Part shown: positions 44,825-53,789 of the stretch, piece after piece | How the letters are laid out: each line of letters starts with the position of its first letter | How positions within the stretch are numbered: position 1 is the stretch's first letter | From: a virus | DNA: 64,000 nucleotides | Direction: 5' to 3' (one strand) | IMG/VR virus record: IMGVR_UViG_3300044691_000366 | Span: 3,174-67,173 of that record | The notes under the pieces: generated by a model | Seen by the model: only the letters and a program-made list of their open reading frames with translations | The model's database searches: none | Told to the model about the DNA's origin: nothing | Position numbers and translations under genes: made by a program

Positions 44825-47194
44825 CTAAAACACGCCAGAGATAGCCCCTGATCCCCGGTATCCGATATAGAACGTATTGTAGGTGTTGATGTCGCCGCAA
44901 ACCGTCGTGACGATATCAGAACGCCCCAACGGGAATGTGCCGAGCAAAGTCCATGTTGGCGTTGCCTGCTCGAAATCATCCGAGCGATAGACGCCGTAAA
45001 CGCCACTCAGCCAACCAACAATGAATACTGTGGGATGACCGCCGCCACCGGGCTTGGCCTTGCCGAACCCGAAATGCTTGACTTCGGTGACGTTTGAAAT
45101 CGCGGCCCATGTCACACCGGAATCCGTCGATCGCGTAAACGCGCCGAAGATGCTGCCGCCGGAATCTCCGGACGTATACACCAGACGGCCAGTGTAAGAT
45201 GCTCCTGGAACCGCTTCAAGCTGAGCATTGAAGCCATCAGCACCCGCCGTAGATGCACCCGCCATATGACCCGTGAAGACCTTCGTGAAGTTAACACCGC
45301 CATCTGTTGACTTGTAAACTCCGGGATTCGTACCGGAATTGTAGGCGTAAAATACTCCGGCATAGTCGCAAGTGATGATCTGGCGGTGCAACGCATTGTT
45401 GCCGTCCTGCCAGCCATCAGTAACGCCCGTGACGGTCGAACTCGCCCATGTCGTGCCGCCGTCCAGCGTATAACGTGGCGTCTGCGGAGAACTGCCGTGG
45501 ATGACGACGAAATTCTGATTGGTCGCCGCCGCGATGCCGCCGCCGTAACTGCTACCGAACAGGATCGGATCGCCACTGTTGATAATGCTGGTCGCATTCG
45601 CGGACATCACCACTGTGGTAGCGGTCCAACTGACGACGCCGGTACCGCTCGGTATCTGCGTAAACGGTGCGGTCTGATCAGCCAGACCCATCCCGACAAA
45701 GATATCGGCAGGCACGGTGCCGGAGGTGAAATGCAGCGTGTTGTTGCCGGAGGCCGTGCTGGCATTGGTGTTGACGTTGCTAAGAACGACAGGCTGCTTT
45801 GCGAACAATACCCAATTTTGGCCACCGTCAGTCGATTTGCCTCCGGCCGCTGCACCGCCATTGTCGGTGGCGTGAACGACGATGCACGTCGGATCTGACT
45901 TGGCATAGTCGCAGCCCCATCCGTGCATGATGGACTGGGTGTAGTTGATGCCGTGGTTGGCTGGATAAGCTGTCAGGCTCGGCAAACGAAAGACAGGACG
46001 ATCCCAACACGATGTTATCGGAACGCCGCTTGGTGGGGAGATGATCTTGTTGACGACAAGCTGTTCGATGCCTTTCGACATTGAATTCCACGTCGTTGTC
46101 GCCCCCGGACTATCCGTGTACCAAGCGCCGATGCCTTCGGCAAAGATGATCCGCCCCGTCGAAGTCGTAACCATGTTGCCATTGGTCATGCTGTTTTCGA
46201 GCGTTTGCGAAAACCATCCGGGCTCTCCCCCTCCTGCCACGCGAATAGGAGGGATGTTCGGATCGGTCCAACTCGATCCCGCATTCGTTGATGTAATAAT
46301 GTCGCCACCGTCCATCGCCGCCCAAATGTTATTTGCAGTGCTTGGGGAAGCAACGATGCTGTAGACCCTGTTAGTATACGACCCTAGATTCTTGTTGGTC
46401 CAAGTCCCTCCGGAATAGAGATACGTGACGTGCGTGCCGCTATCCGTGAGCGCCCACAACCGACTGTACTTATCGTGATACAGCCTGCGAAAATTCTTCA
46501 AGGTCGGCGGCGTTCCCGAAGAAATAGCTGAGAAAGTTCCCGCGACTCCGGTTGTCGATTGATAGACGCCGACTCCAGCGCTCGCAATTGAAACCGTGTT
46601 GCCGTTCGTCGGATCGAACGTGACCAACATTCCCGGCCCGTTGGTGGTCGGGTTGGTAATCCCTGAAATCGCGGTCCAGTTAGACCCTCCGTCCGTGGTG
46701 TAGAAGGCCCCATTCGATTGCGTCGTTGCGACGACGGTGTTCGGGTCGGTCGGATGGATAGCCATCCGCGAGCCAAAGCGACGAGAATTGAAATAGTTGC
46801 TGTCGCCAAACACCCGCTGCGTGAACGCAGTCCGAGTCCAGTTTCCGCCTTGGTTGGTGCTCTTGTAGACATACCCATTATACATCTTGTATAGGATTTG
46901 CGAATTCGATGGCGCGATGCAAATCTCATAGCAGCCGTATGGCGGCTCGATCAGATCGCCGTTGGCGTCCTGCCCGATATCCGTCCCGTTGACCATGGTT
47001 AAGGTCGTGGCAAGCTGGACCCAAGACGCGCCGTTCCAAAGATATTCGCCGTAAGTGTCGGTGCGCACAACGATCGTGTCATCATTCGCGATGCTGACAT
47101 TAGAAAGAAAGCCGCCGGCGCCTATCGGCAGCACGGCGAATCCGGTTGCTGTAATGACCGAATGACCGGCAAACTGAAGCATTCCAAAAGACAT
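44825..47194 (-). CDS. GH74/sialidase-like beta-propeller with BNR repeats (putative virion depolymerase)
   Basis: GAGGF, VRTDTYG.Y.W, multiple S/T-x-D-G-G-x-x-W/F boxes, GIEQL; no signal peptide. Confidence 0.75.
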   Translation of the reverse strand: MSFGMLQFAGHSVITATGFAVLPIGAGGFLSNVSIANDDTIVVRTDTYGEYLWNGASWVQLATTLTMVNGTDIGQDANGDLIEPPYGCYEICIAPSNSQILYKMYNGYVYKSTNQGGNWTRTAFTQRVFGDSNYFNSRRFGSRMAIHPTDPNTVVATTQSNGAFYTTDGGSNWTAISGITNPTTNGPGMLVTFDPTNGNTVSIASAGVGVYQSTTGVAGTFSAISSGTPPTLKNFRRLYHDKYSRLWALTDSGTHVTYLYSGGTWTNKNLGSYTNRVYSIVASPSTANNIWAAMDGGDIITSTNAGSSWTDPNIPPIRVAGGGEPGWFSQTLENSMTNGNMVTTSTGRIIFAEGIGAWYTDSPGATTTWNSMSKGIEQLVVNKIISPPSGVPITSCWDRPVFRLPSLTAYPANHGINYTQSIMHGWGCDYAKSDPTCIVVHATDNGGAAAGGKSTDGGQNWVLFAKQPVVLSNVNTNASTASGNNTLHFTSGTVPADIFVGMGLADQTAPFTQIPSGTGVVSWTATTVVMSANATSIINSGDPILFGSSYGGGIAAATNQNFVVIHGSSPQTPRYTLDGGTTWASSTVTGVTDGWQDGNNALHRQIITCDYAGVFYAYNSGTNPGVYKSTDGGVNFTKVFTGHMAGASTAGADGFNAQLEAVPGASYTGRLVYTSGDSGGSIFGAFTRSTDSGVTWAAISNVTEVKHFGFGKAKPGGGGHPTVFIVGWLSGVYGVYRSDDFEQATPTWTLLGTFPLGRSDIVTTVCGDINTYNTFYIGYRGSGAISGVF

Positions 47195-47893
47195 TTACGA
47201 CGCCCATGAAGCAGCGGCGAGAGTACCGCCGAATGATAGGGACGAACTGCTGGAAACACCAACTGTCCCGGTTGAAGTGGAATGCGCCAAACTTATTTGT
47301 GAGTTCGCGTCGCCAGACGTTTTGTCGCCAGCGCCAGCCGTTGTCCCGGTCCATGTAAAGGTGGGCGCAACCGCGCCTGCCTTGTTGCCTGCAACGGCGA
47401 TTCCGATGCCGCCCGCAGGAACGGTCAATGAAACGGTCAGAGGTTGCGCGCCGACTGCCGTATTGACCACCGCGTTGGCTGATGTTGCGCTGCCACCACC
47501 GCTTTGCCCTTTGAGTATTCCGACTGCGATACTGATGCTCTGCGAGCCGCCCGGAAACTCAACGGTCATCGTCGTGCCGGAGGGAATATTGGCGTAGTAA
47601 AGCCCGATTTGATCGGAGACTGCGACCCCCGCTGAAGCGACGCTCCAAGCGCTGCCGCCGTTATATGTTGGTGCAGGCAGGTTAGTTCCGGAATCCGTCT
47701 GATAGCCCATTACAACTATGCGATCGGCACTCGCTGCGCCGATTGCTACCGATGCGAAGGAGCCGGGAGAAAAGCCGGAGGCTACGGTCTGTGCATCGGT
47801 TTCGGTGAAGGCGATTCCGCCTCCACCACCGCCACTCGCGGCCTTCCCGTAAACGGCGACTTGGCCGAAGCGCTTGCCGCGAATTCGCATCAT
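47195..47893 (-). CDS. G/S/A/T-rich putative virion/adhesin protein
   Basis: Composition and position in cassette. Confidence 0.6.
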   Translation of the reverse strand: MMRIRGKRFGQVAVYGKAASGGGGGGIAFTETDAQTVASGFSPGSFASVAIGAASADRIVVMGYQTDSGTNLPAPTYNGGSAWSVASAGVAVSDQIGLYYANIPSGTTMTVEFPGGSQSISIAVGILKGQSGGGSATSANAVVNTAVGAQPLTVSLTVPAGGIGIAVAGNKAGAVAPTFTWTGTTAGAGDKTSGDANSQISLAHSTSTGTVGVSSSSSLSFGGTLAAASWAS

Positions 47894-49419
47894 GTGAAGT
47901 TGCCAACGCCGATTGCGGTGACGTTTAGGTTCGTTATGATTTTCCAGCCGCCCGCGCCGCCCGAGCTGATGGCGCCGAACGGCACAAAGAACGGGGCGAG
48001 TGTCGGGAGCGCCGTGGTGCCGCCGCCCGCGAAGATCGTGATGGCAGCGCCACTGCCATCCTTAATTTGAACAATGCCCGCTGCTGCCGCGCCGGGAATG
48101 ATCAGAACACCGTCCAGATAGTCGCCAGTCGCGCCAGTAGCGCCGCACTGTTGCGTGGCGCTAACTGCAACGGGCACATACGTCATCGAATTGAGGACGA
48201 CGGGCGCTGATGCGGTGGGCAGAGCGCGGCCGTTGGGGTTGAGTCCAGCAATGAATGCTTGCAGTGTCTTGCTGATCTGTTTCCAGATGGAGATTGCAGA
48301 GATGGGCGTCGCGTCGGTAGCCGCATTAGCTGCATCCGCCTTGGTGCCCAGAACCGTGTTGGTCGCGGTCTCCTGGGTCAGGATCGAACCCAGATCGGCG
48401 TGAAGGGTCGTGCCGACGTCAGCGTGAAGCGTCACAAGGTCGGCGTGATTGGTCACTAGATCGGTGTGCAGAGTTCCAAGTGCAGTAATTTCTGTCGCCT
48501 GGTTGGCCGAGGTCGCGAATCCCGTGATCGCCGCCGGAGGCGTCAGGGCCGTAACGGTAGCCGCAGGCAACGAAACCGGCGTCGCACCGGCTACGAGCGC
48601 CGGGGTCTTAGTATCGAGAGAGGCCAGCGAGACCTGGGCCGCCGTCTGGGCAGCGGCAGTGGCAAAGCCGGTGATTGCAGCCGGGGGTGTCAGAGCGGTC
48701 ACCGTTGCAGCGGGCAAGGAGACAGGCACAGCGCCAGCGATAAGCGCAGGCGTCTTGGTATCGAGCGAGCTGAGAGAGGTCTGCGCAGCCGTCTGAGCCG
48801 CGGCCGTCGCGAACCCAGTAATGGCTGCGGGCGGCGTCAGGGTCGCAACCGTTGCGGCCGGCAGCGACACGGGAGACGCACCGGCTACGAGCGCCGGGGT
48901 CTTAGTATCGAGCGAGGCCAGCGAGGTGTTGCCGGTATCCTGCTTGGCCGAGGTGGCGGAGCCGACAACGGTGGTCGAAATCGGCGAGATATTGGCCGAG
49001 GACGGCGCCGAGCCGAGCAACTGCTCGGTCGTGGCGTTGATCCAGAAATGAGCAATCACGGCGCCCGTCGCCGGGTCAGCCGTCACGTAATGATTGACGA
49101 AGTCGCCGATCGAATAGCCGGTGCCGGCCGCGGTGGCCTGATAGGCCGACCTGTCCATGATGATCGAGGGGCCGGCAGCCGGACGGCCGCTGGCGCCCGG
49201 CGCCGACGTAGCTGTGCCGTTCGCAAACGTCCAGGTGATCGTGCCGCCCGTGTTGACGCGAATGTAGAAAATGCCGTTGTCGTCGGTCCAAAGCGATTCG
49301 GTGACGATCGTAGTCGAGCCGCCTACACCACCCGTGATACCGTCGACATGCACAACGTCCGGAACGCCCGTCAGAACGCGATTGTCGACATTTACGTCCG
49401 GTGAAACTGTCAAGCCCAT
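47890..49419 (-). CDS. Fibre-like protein with internal repeats
   Basis: 3 x 49-aa repeats and TLHAD heptad-like repeats. Confidence 0.7.
   Translation of the reverse strand: MGLTVSPDVNVDNRVLTGVPDVVHVDGITGGVGGSTTIVTESLWTDDNGIFYIRVNTGGTITWTFANGTATSAPGASGRPAAGPSIIMDRSAYQATAAGTGYSIGDFVNHYVTADPATGAVIAHFWINATTEQLLGSAPSSANISPISTTVVGSATSAKQDTGNTSLASLDTKTPALVAGASPVSLPAATVATLTPPAAITGFATAAAQTAAQTSLSSLDTKTPALIAGAVPVSLPAATVTALTPPAAITGFATAAAQTAAQVSLASLDTKTPALVAGATPVSLPAATVTALTPPAAITGFATSANQATEITALGTLHTDLVTNHADLVTLHADVGTTLHADLGSILTQETATNTVLGTKADAANAATDATPISAISIWKQISKTLQAFIAGLNPNGRALPTASAPVVLNSMTYVPVAVSATQQCGATGATGDYLDGVLIIPGAAAAGIVQIKDGSGAAITIFAGGGTTALPTLAPFFVPFGAISSGGAGGWKIITNLNVTAIGVGNFT
48500..48925 (-). 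repeat. Three tandem 147-bp (49-aa) coding repeats
   Basis: SLDTKTPALxAGAxPVSLPAATVxxLTPPAAITGFAT x3, synonymously diverged. Confidence 0.9.
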
Positions 49420-49447
49420 GTCGAAATCTCCAATTCAGGGACAGTAT

Positions 49448-49461
49448 AGTCAACGTTGACT
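49448..49461. promoter_or_regulatory. 14-bp operator, perfect palindrome
   Basis: AGTCAACGTTGACT. Confidence 0.85.
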
Positions 49462-49468
49462 GTAAAAG

Positions 49469-51358
49469 CTAGCCGCGCCATTTGCCATTTTGCAGAGTGA
49501 CAATCTGTCTCTTGCCGTCCGGCTGCTGCACCACCAGGGCCACGGCCCAGCCCGAGGGGCCTTTGTTGTAGCCGTGGTTGAGTTCCATGACGCCGGCGAC
49601 ATAGACGCCATCCTCGATCTGGGGCGAATGCTTGTCGCCGATCGTCATCTTGATGCCGAGCCGGGCGAAGCCGATCACGGACCCCTTGGCGCCGTTCGAC
49701 CCGCGAAAGCCGTGATGACCGTGCTCGATGCCGTCGATCTTGAAGGATTTGCCGTCATAGGCCCAGATGATGTCGTCCATGGCCTTGCCGCGCATCCGCC
49801 GGCCGAGGGTCTCCAGTAGGCTCCAGTTCGGGGTCTTCTCGTAGGTGTCGCGGCAGCGGGCGATGACTTCGTGACGATCCAGCAGGTCCGCTTCGAGCTG
49901 GTTGCCCAGGCGAGCGTTGATGCCGTCCATCCGGAACCGGCCCTCGACAACGTAGCGGTTAAGGGCAATGTCGTGGTTGGCCTCGATCACGACCGACGTG
50001 GTCCCAGGCCGCCTGGTCTGAATCAGGAAGTCGAACCCCTGCCCGGCCTCGTTGGCAACGATGCCCTTGCCGCGGAACGCCTGCTCGTAATTGTGCATCG
50101 GATCCTTGGCGTGGTGGTGGTTCCGATCCTCGTTGTCAAAGAAGTCGTGGTAGGTCATGAACTCGGGATTGAGCACCTCGACCATGCTCTTGGTGTTCTT
50201 CCAGCCGGGCAGCACGTCGCGGCAGCGTTTGCCGGTAATCGGATCCCAGCCCCAGATCACGCGGGCGTTCCGCGGACCCATCTTCGCCCGATGGCTGTCG
50301 GGCGTGGTCAGTGCTTTGACCCTGTGCTTGCCTCGAATGACCTTGCCGTCCTTCACCTGAACGTCGAGATCGTAGAAATTGCCGTGCTTGTCGGCGGAGA
50401 TGTGCCGGCAGAATACGTCGCCATCCTGGTCGAACTCGACGACGACGACGCCGAGCACGTGATGGAACAGGCTCTTGATGCCGGCCTTGCGGGGAATGAC
50501 CTTCGGCTTGGTGACCAGCCCGGTCGACATGACCTGCACAGCCTGCACGTCCGGGTCGGTCGAGGGCACCGATCGAAGCTGGCGCTTGGAATGCGGGAAC
50601 ACGGCCCAGCGGCCGCGGCTATTGGGCACCAGGTCCGAGATGGGACTGGGCGCCGTGGGAATAATGTTCATCTGACCGCAGAACATGAAGTTCTCGCCGA
50701 TCTCGAGCTGACCAAAGCACAGGTGCTTTTCCAGGACCGAATCGTAGGCGCGTGCGGTCGGGTTGTTCTCGCTCCACCACTGGGTCTCGTAGGTGCCGGG
50801 ACCGATCGCGATATCGTGGCCGAATTTCTTGGAGTAGGCCTTGAGGTTGTTCCAGAAGCCCTTGTGAACCTCAGTGTCGTTCTGTGCGCCGGAGAAGATG
50901 AACTTGCGACCGGCTGAGTTGGCGATCGGCGCCACCAGGGGTGTCGAGTTGAGCCAGGTCCGAGGGCTGCTCTCGCGCAGCACATAATGGCCGCGATCGC
51001 GGTCATACTTCCGCATCATGAAGCTCTCGGTCTGGATGCAGTCGGGATTGATCAGCGGGTATTTCGAGCGGGTCGTGAGAACCGTGATCTGTTCGGCGAG
51101 ATCGAGCGCGCGGGCGTGGGCGTGCTGCTGCGGGGTCATCTCTTCAGTCTTCGCGACCACCTTCACGAACTGATTGTTGCCGCGCTGGATCAGTTTGACC
51201 AAACTGTCATCGAGCCGGGTGCGGGCGCGGTAGACCGCGGCCTTGTTTCGAATGGTCTGGTAGGAGATACCTAAAGTCGCGGCAAGATCCGTGAGCGCCG
51301 GGTATTTCTTGAGGTTGTTGTAAGCCTTAACGAATGTCTTCTGTTGAGCCGAAAGCAT
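49469..51358 (-). CDS. T5 A1-like metallophosphoesterase/nuclease with N-terminal HTH
   Basis: SGAQND, RKAG...FHH, EANHD, HGHHG..G.NGA.GS, GYNKGPSGW. Confidence 0.7.
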   Translation of the reverse strand: MLSAQQKTFVKAYNNLKKYPALTDLAATLGISYQTIRNKAAVYRARTRLDDSLVKLIQRGNNQFVKVVAKTEEMTPQQHAHARALDLAEQITVLTTRSKYPLINPDCIQTESFMMRKYDRDRGHYVLRESSPRTWLNSTPLVAPIANSAGRKFIFSGAQNDTEVHKGFWNNLKAYSKKFGHDIAIGPGTYETQWWSENNPTARAYDSVLEKHLCFGQLEIGENFMFCGQMNIIPTAPSPISDLVPNSRGRWAVFPHSKRQLRSVPSTDPDVQAVQVMSTGLVTKPKVIPRKAGIKSLFHHVLGVVVVEFDQDGDVFCRHISADKHGNFYDLDVQVKDGKVIRGKHRVKALTTPDSHRAKMGPRNARVIWGWDPITGKRCRDVLPGWKNTKSMVEVLNPEFMTYHDFFDNEDRNHHHAKDPMHNYEQAFRGKGIVANEAGQGFDFLIQTRRPGTTSVVIEANHDIALNRYVVEGRFRMDGINARLGNQLEADLLDRHEVIARCRDTYEKTPNWSLLETLGRRMRGKAMDDIIWAYDGKSFKIDGIEHGHHGFRGSNGAKGSVIGFARLGIKMTIGDKHSPQIEDGVYVAGVMELNHGYNKGPSGWAVALVVQQPDGKRQIVTLQNGKWRG

Positions 51359-51370
51359 GAGACCTCGTTA

Positions 51371-51384
51371 AGTCAATGTTGACT
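51371..51384. promoter_or_regulatory. 14-bp palindromic operator upstream of the A1-like gene
   Basis: AGTCAATGTTGACT; TATAGC at 51392. Confidence 0.82.
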
Positions 51385-51458
51385 GTAGAGTTATAGCAGA
51401 TTTCTGCGCCGGAATGCAATCTTCCAAGACCGCGTCTCGACTCTTACTGTCTACTCTC

Positions 51459-51839
51459 TTACTTCTTCGACCTACTAAAGAGATTAGATAGTCGAGATTT
51501 GGCGACTGTGATCGGGAGCGGCGCAGTGACGGCTTCAGTTCCCGGCGCAGGCCGACCTTCGTAATAATCCATCACGGCGTTCGCGCTGCTCATCCAGCCG
51601 TAGATCTCGACCTTGTTCTGAACCAGGCGCTGTGCTGCGGCCGGCGGAAGACACACCATCTTGCCGCAGCGCTGAAACTTTTCGTCGACCAGTTTAATGC
51701 CCGCCGGGCGTGCCGGCTTGAGTTCCGTCAACTGGGGCGCGGCCACGAAGGTTTCGTGAGGCACGTTCGAGCATCCGATTGAGGTCAGCGTGACCAGCGT
51801 TAAGGTGAGTAGCAGCAGTATCCGGTTGATCACTTTCAA
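51459..51839 (-). CDS. Outer-membrane lipoprotein spanin (Rz1-like)
   Basis: Signal with lipobox-like SIGC, Pro-rich, overlaps 3' end of Rz-like gene. Confidence 0.7.
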   Translation of the reverse strand: MKVINRILLLLTLTLVTLTSIGCSNVPHETFVAAPQLTELKPARPAGIKLVDEKFQRCGKMVCLPPAAAQRLVQNKVEIYGWMSSANAVMDYYEGRPAPGTEAVTAPLPITVAKSRLSNLFSRSKK

Positions 51840-52185
51840 TATCCTGTTCCAGGTCCATTGCGTCGATTTCGGCGCGCAGTTTCGAGACGTCCTCGGTCAG
51901 ATCCTTGCGGCTCGTCTCCAGCGCGTCGGCCCGGCGCACCTGCTCATTGTGCTGGTCCTGAATTTGACCGGCGCGCTGATTGGCGAGATTTGTGGCGAGC
52001 GTCTGCTCGGCGAGTGCCTTCTGACTATCGGCGTATTTGGTCTGCAGTTGATCGACGCTGTAAACGACACCGCCGATTGATCCCACTATAGCGAGAACCG
52101 CGAGGCCAATGCCGATCCACTTCCAGGGAACGACCTTGCCGGCGAAGTAGGCGGCGACGGGCGCCAAGAATGACATGCCTAACAT
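51694..52185 (-). CDS. Inner-membrane spanin (Rz-like)
   Basis: N-terminal TM followed by coiled coil. Confidence 0.7.
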   Translation of the reverse strand: MLGMSFLAPVAAYFAGKVVPWKWIGIGLAVLAIVGSIGGVVYSVDQLQTKYADSQKALAEQTLATNLANQRAGQIQDQHNEQVRRADALETSRKDLTEDVSKLRAEIDAMDLEQDIESDQPDTAATHLNAGHADLNRMLERASRNLRGRAPVDGTQAGTPGGH

Positions 52186-52190
52186 GGGGA

Positions 52191-52592
52191 TTATCCTGAA
52201 GTTGACGGGGCGGCTGGAGCGGCTGGATTCGAAACTTCCCTGGTGTCGGGCACTGGGGGCGAGGAGCTATTCTCAGCGTCGCTGGTAGCGTCGTCGGCAG
52301 CATCGACGTCGCTCTCTTCTCGCGCCCCGTAGCTCATCTGACGCTTGCTGTGATCGTCCCAGACGACACCGAAGACGTAGAAGAACAGCACCGAAATAAC
52401 AGCGGTCGCGAGCGTGATGAAAATCTGGATCTCGAGGTTGTTGCCACCGCGCCAAACCGTGTCGCCGACGATCACCTCCATGTTGACGCCAAACAGAATC
52501 GTCCAGATCTTCATCCACCGGCGCCGGATCGGCCAGGTATCGGAATTGATCTCCTTGCGTGCAGCCTTGGTGAGGATCTTGGTGATGGGCAT
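52191..52592 (-). CDS. Putative holin (2 TM)
   Basis: WPIRRR plus two TMs, upstream of spanins. Confidence 0.55.
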   Translation of the reverse strand: MPITKILTKAARKEINSDTWPIRRRWMKIWTILFGVNMEVIVGDTVWRGGNNLEIQIFITLATAVISVLFFYVFGVVWDDHSKRQMSYGAREESDVDAADDATSDAENSSSPPVPDTREVSNPAAPAAPSTSG

Positions 52593-52993
52593 CAGGGGGT
52601 CTTTTCGATGTCGTCGGTTCGCTTGGAGAGTTCGTCCTTGCGGCGCTCGATGGCGAGCAGGTCGTCATTGATCTGGCCGATGCGGTTATTGAAGGCAGAC
52701 CGGCGCATGAGATCGATGCGCTCGGTCAGGGTCTGCTCGATGACGATGCGCTCGGCTCGCAAAATGCCCTTTCTGGTGTCGAGCTGGTCCAGGGAATTGC
52801 TGATGATCAGCACCTTGACCTGCTTCAGCGACTCCTTGAGTGGCACCAGGCGTTCGTCGACATAGGTCTTGGACGCCGGAACCGGGAACCCGGAGGCGAC
52901 GTATGTCGATCCAAAAATCGCCAGAAACGTGCAGACGGCGACAGCCAGCGGCGCGTTCGAGATGATCTTTTTGACGGTATCGCCGGCAGGCAT
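52592..52993 (-). CDS. Single-TM coiled-coil protein (lysis cassette)
   Basis: TM plus coiled coil, behind operator. Confidence 0.55.
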   Translation of the reverse strand: MPAGDTVKKIISNAPLAVAVCTFLAIFGSTYVASGFPVPASKTYVDERLVPLKESLKQVKVLIISNSLDQLDTRKGILRAERIVIEQTLTERIDLMRRSAFNNRIGQINDDLLAIERRKDELSKRTDDIEKTP

Positions 52994-53012
52994 CGCTCGC
53001 TCACTTCGTTAC

Positions 53013-53026
53013 AGTCAAGATTGACT
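53013..53026. promoter_or_regulatory. 14-bp palindromic operator upstream of the lysis cassette
   Basis: AGTCAAGATTGACT. Confidence 0.82.
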
Positions 53027-53062
53027 GAGTATAAAGGACGAGGCGTGATACCGCCAGCGCTA

Positions 53063-53359
53063 TTAAGGGGTCCAGGTGCCGATGACCTGAACTTCGGCAA
53101 TGAAGGACATCGAGATCGAGCCGGCCTTGGTGTAGATCGCGACCATACCCAGCAGAGTTCCCTGCGGGTTGCTGAGAACCAATACTGGCATATCTTCGAC
53201 ACCCTGCAACGCCTCCAGGTGCTGGGGATCCAGAAACAGAAATGTTCCCTTGGGGTGCGCAAACTGCTGATCGGCACTGGCGTTCGCGAACTTGAGCAGC
53301 GCCTGCGAGATCAACTGCGGCGTCGCTTCGACTTCCTGGGTGACGATCATTGCGGCCAT
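53063..53359 (-). CDS. Hypothetical protein
   Basis: SD AGGAG before MAAMIV. Confidence 0.5.
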   Translation of the reverse strand: MAAMIVTQEVEATPQLISQALLKFANASADQQFAHPKGTFLFLDPQHLEALQGVEDMPVLVLSNPQGTLLGMVAIYTKAGSISMSFIAEVQVIGTWTP

Positions 53360-53372
53360 TATGGTCTCCTGG

Positions 53373-53789
53373 TTAGAGCTGGGCTGCGGCCATAAAGAAG
53401 GCATCGATCTGATCGGAGGTCATGCCGTAGCCGGCGCCGATGGCGATCGTCAGCGGATCGGCTCGATTGAACGTGGTTGCGCCCGACACGATCATCTTGG
53501 CTGAGAACTGCTGCTCGGTCGGCATCGCGTCGATGAGCGTCATAAGTGGCGGAGGAATAATCGCAGCGTTCGAGGCGAGCGCCTGGTCCTGGGTGATGAT
53601 GCCGGCGACAGCAAGCTGCTGGAAGAATTGGCGATCCGAGATCGACGCAGGAACCGTATTGGGCGGCTTGAGATAAGCGACAACGGCGGCGTCGTCGTCA
53701 GACAGGAATTCTTCCGAAAAAATCCCGTTCTGTTTATTAGCACATACGCCACATATTGCGCCAGCGGCGTTGTATTGAACCCAAGCCAT
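53373..53789 (-). CDS. Tail fibre-associated/chaperone protein
   Basis: PASISDRQF...QIDAFF..AAQL pattern following a tail fibre. Confidence 0.7.
   Translation of the reverse strand: MAWVQYNAAGAICGVCANKQNGIFSEEFLSDDDAAVVAYLKPPNTVPASISDRQFFQQLAVAGIITQDQALASNAAIIPPPLMTLIDAMPTEQQFSAKMIVSGATTFNRADPLTIAIGAGYGMTSDQIDAFFMAAAQL

Noticed and set aside
48500-48925. Coding repeats as DGR template/variable repeats
   Set aside because: In-frame tandem repeats with mostly synonymous differences, no evident adenine bias and no reverse transcriptase in the window
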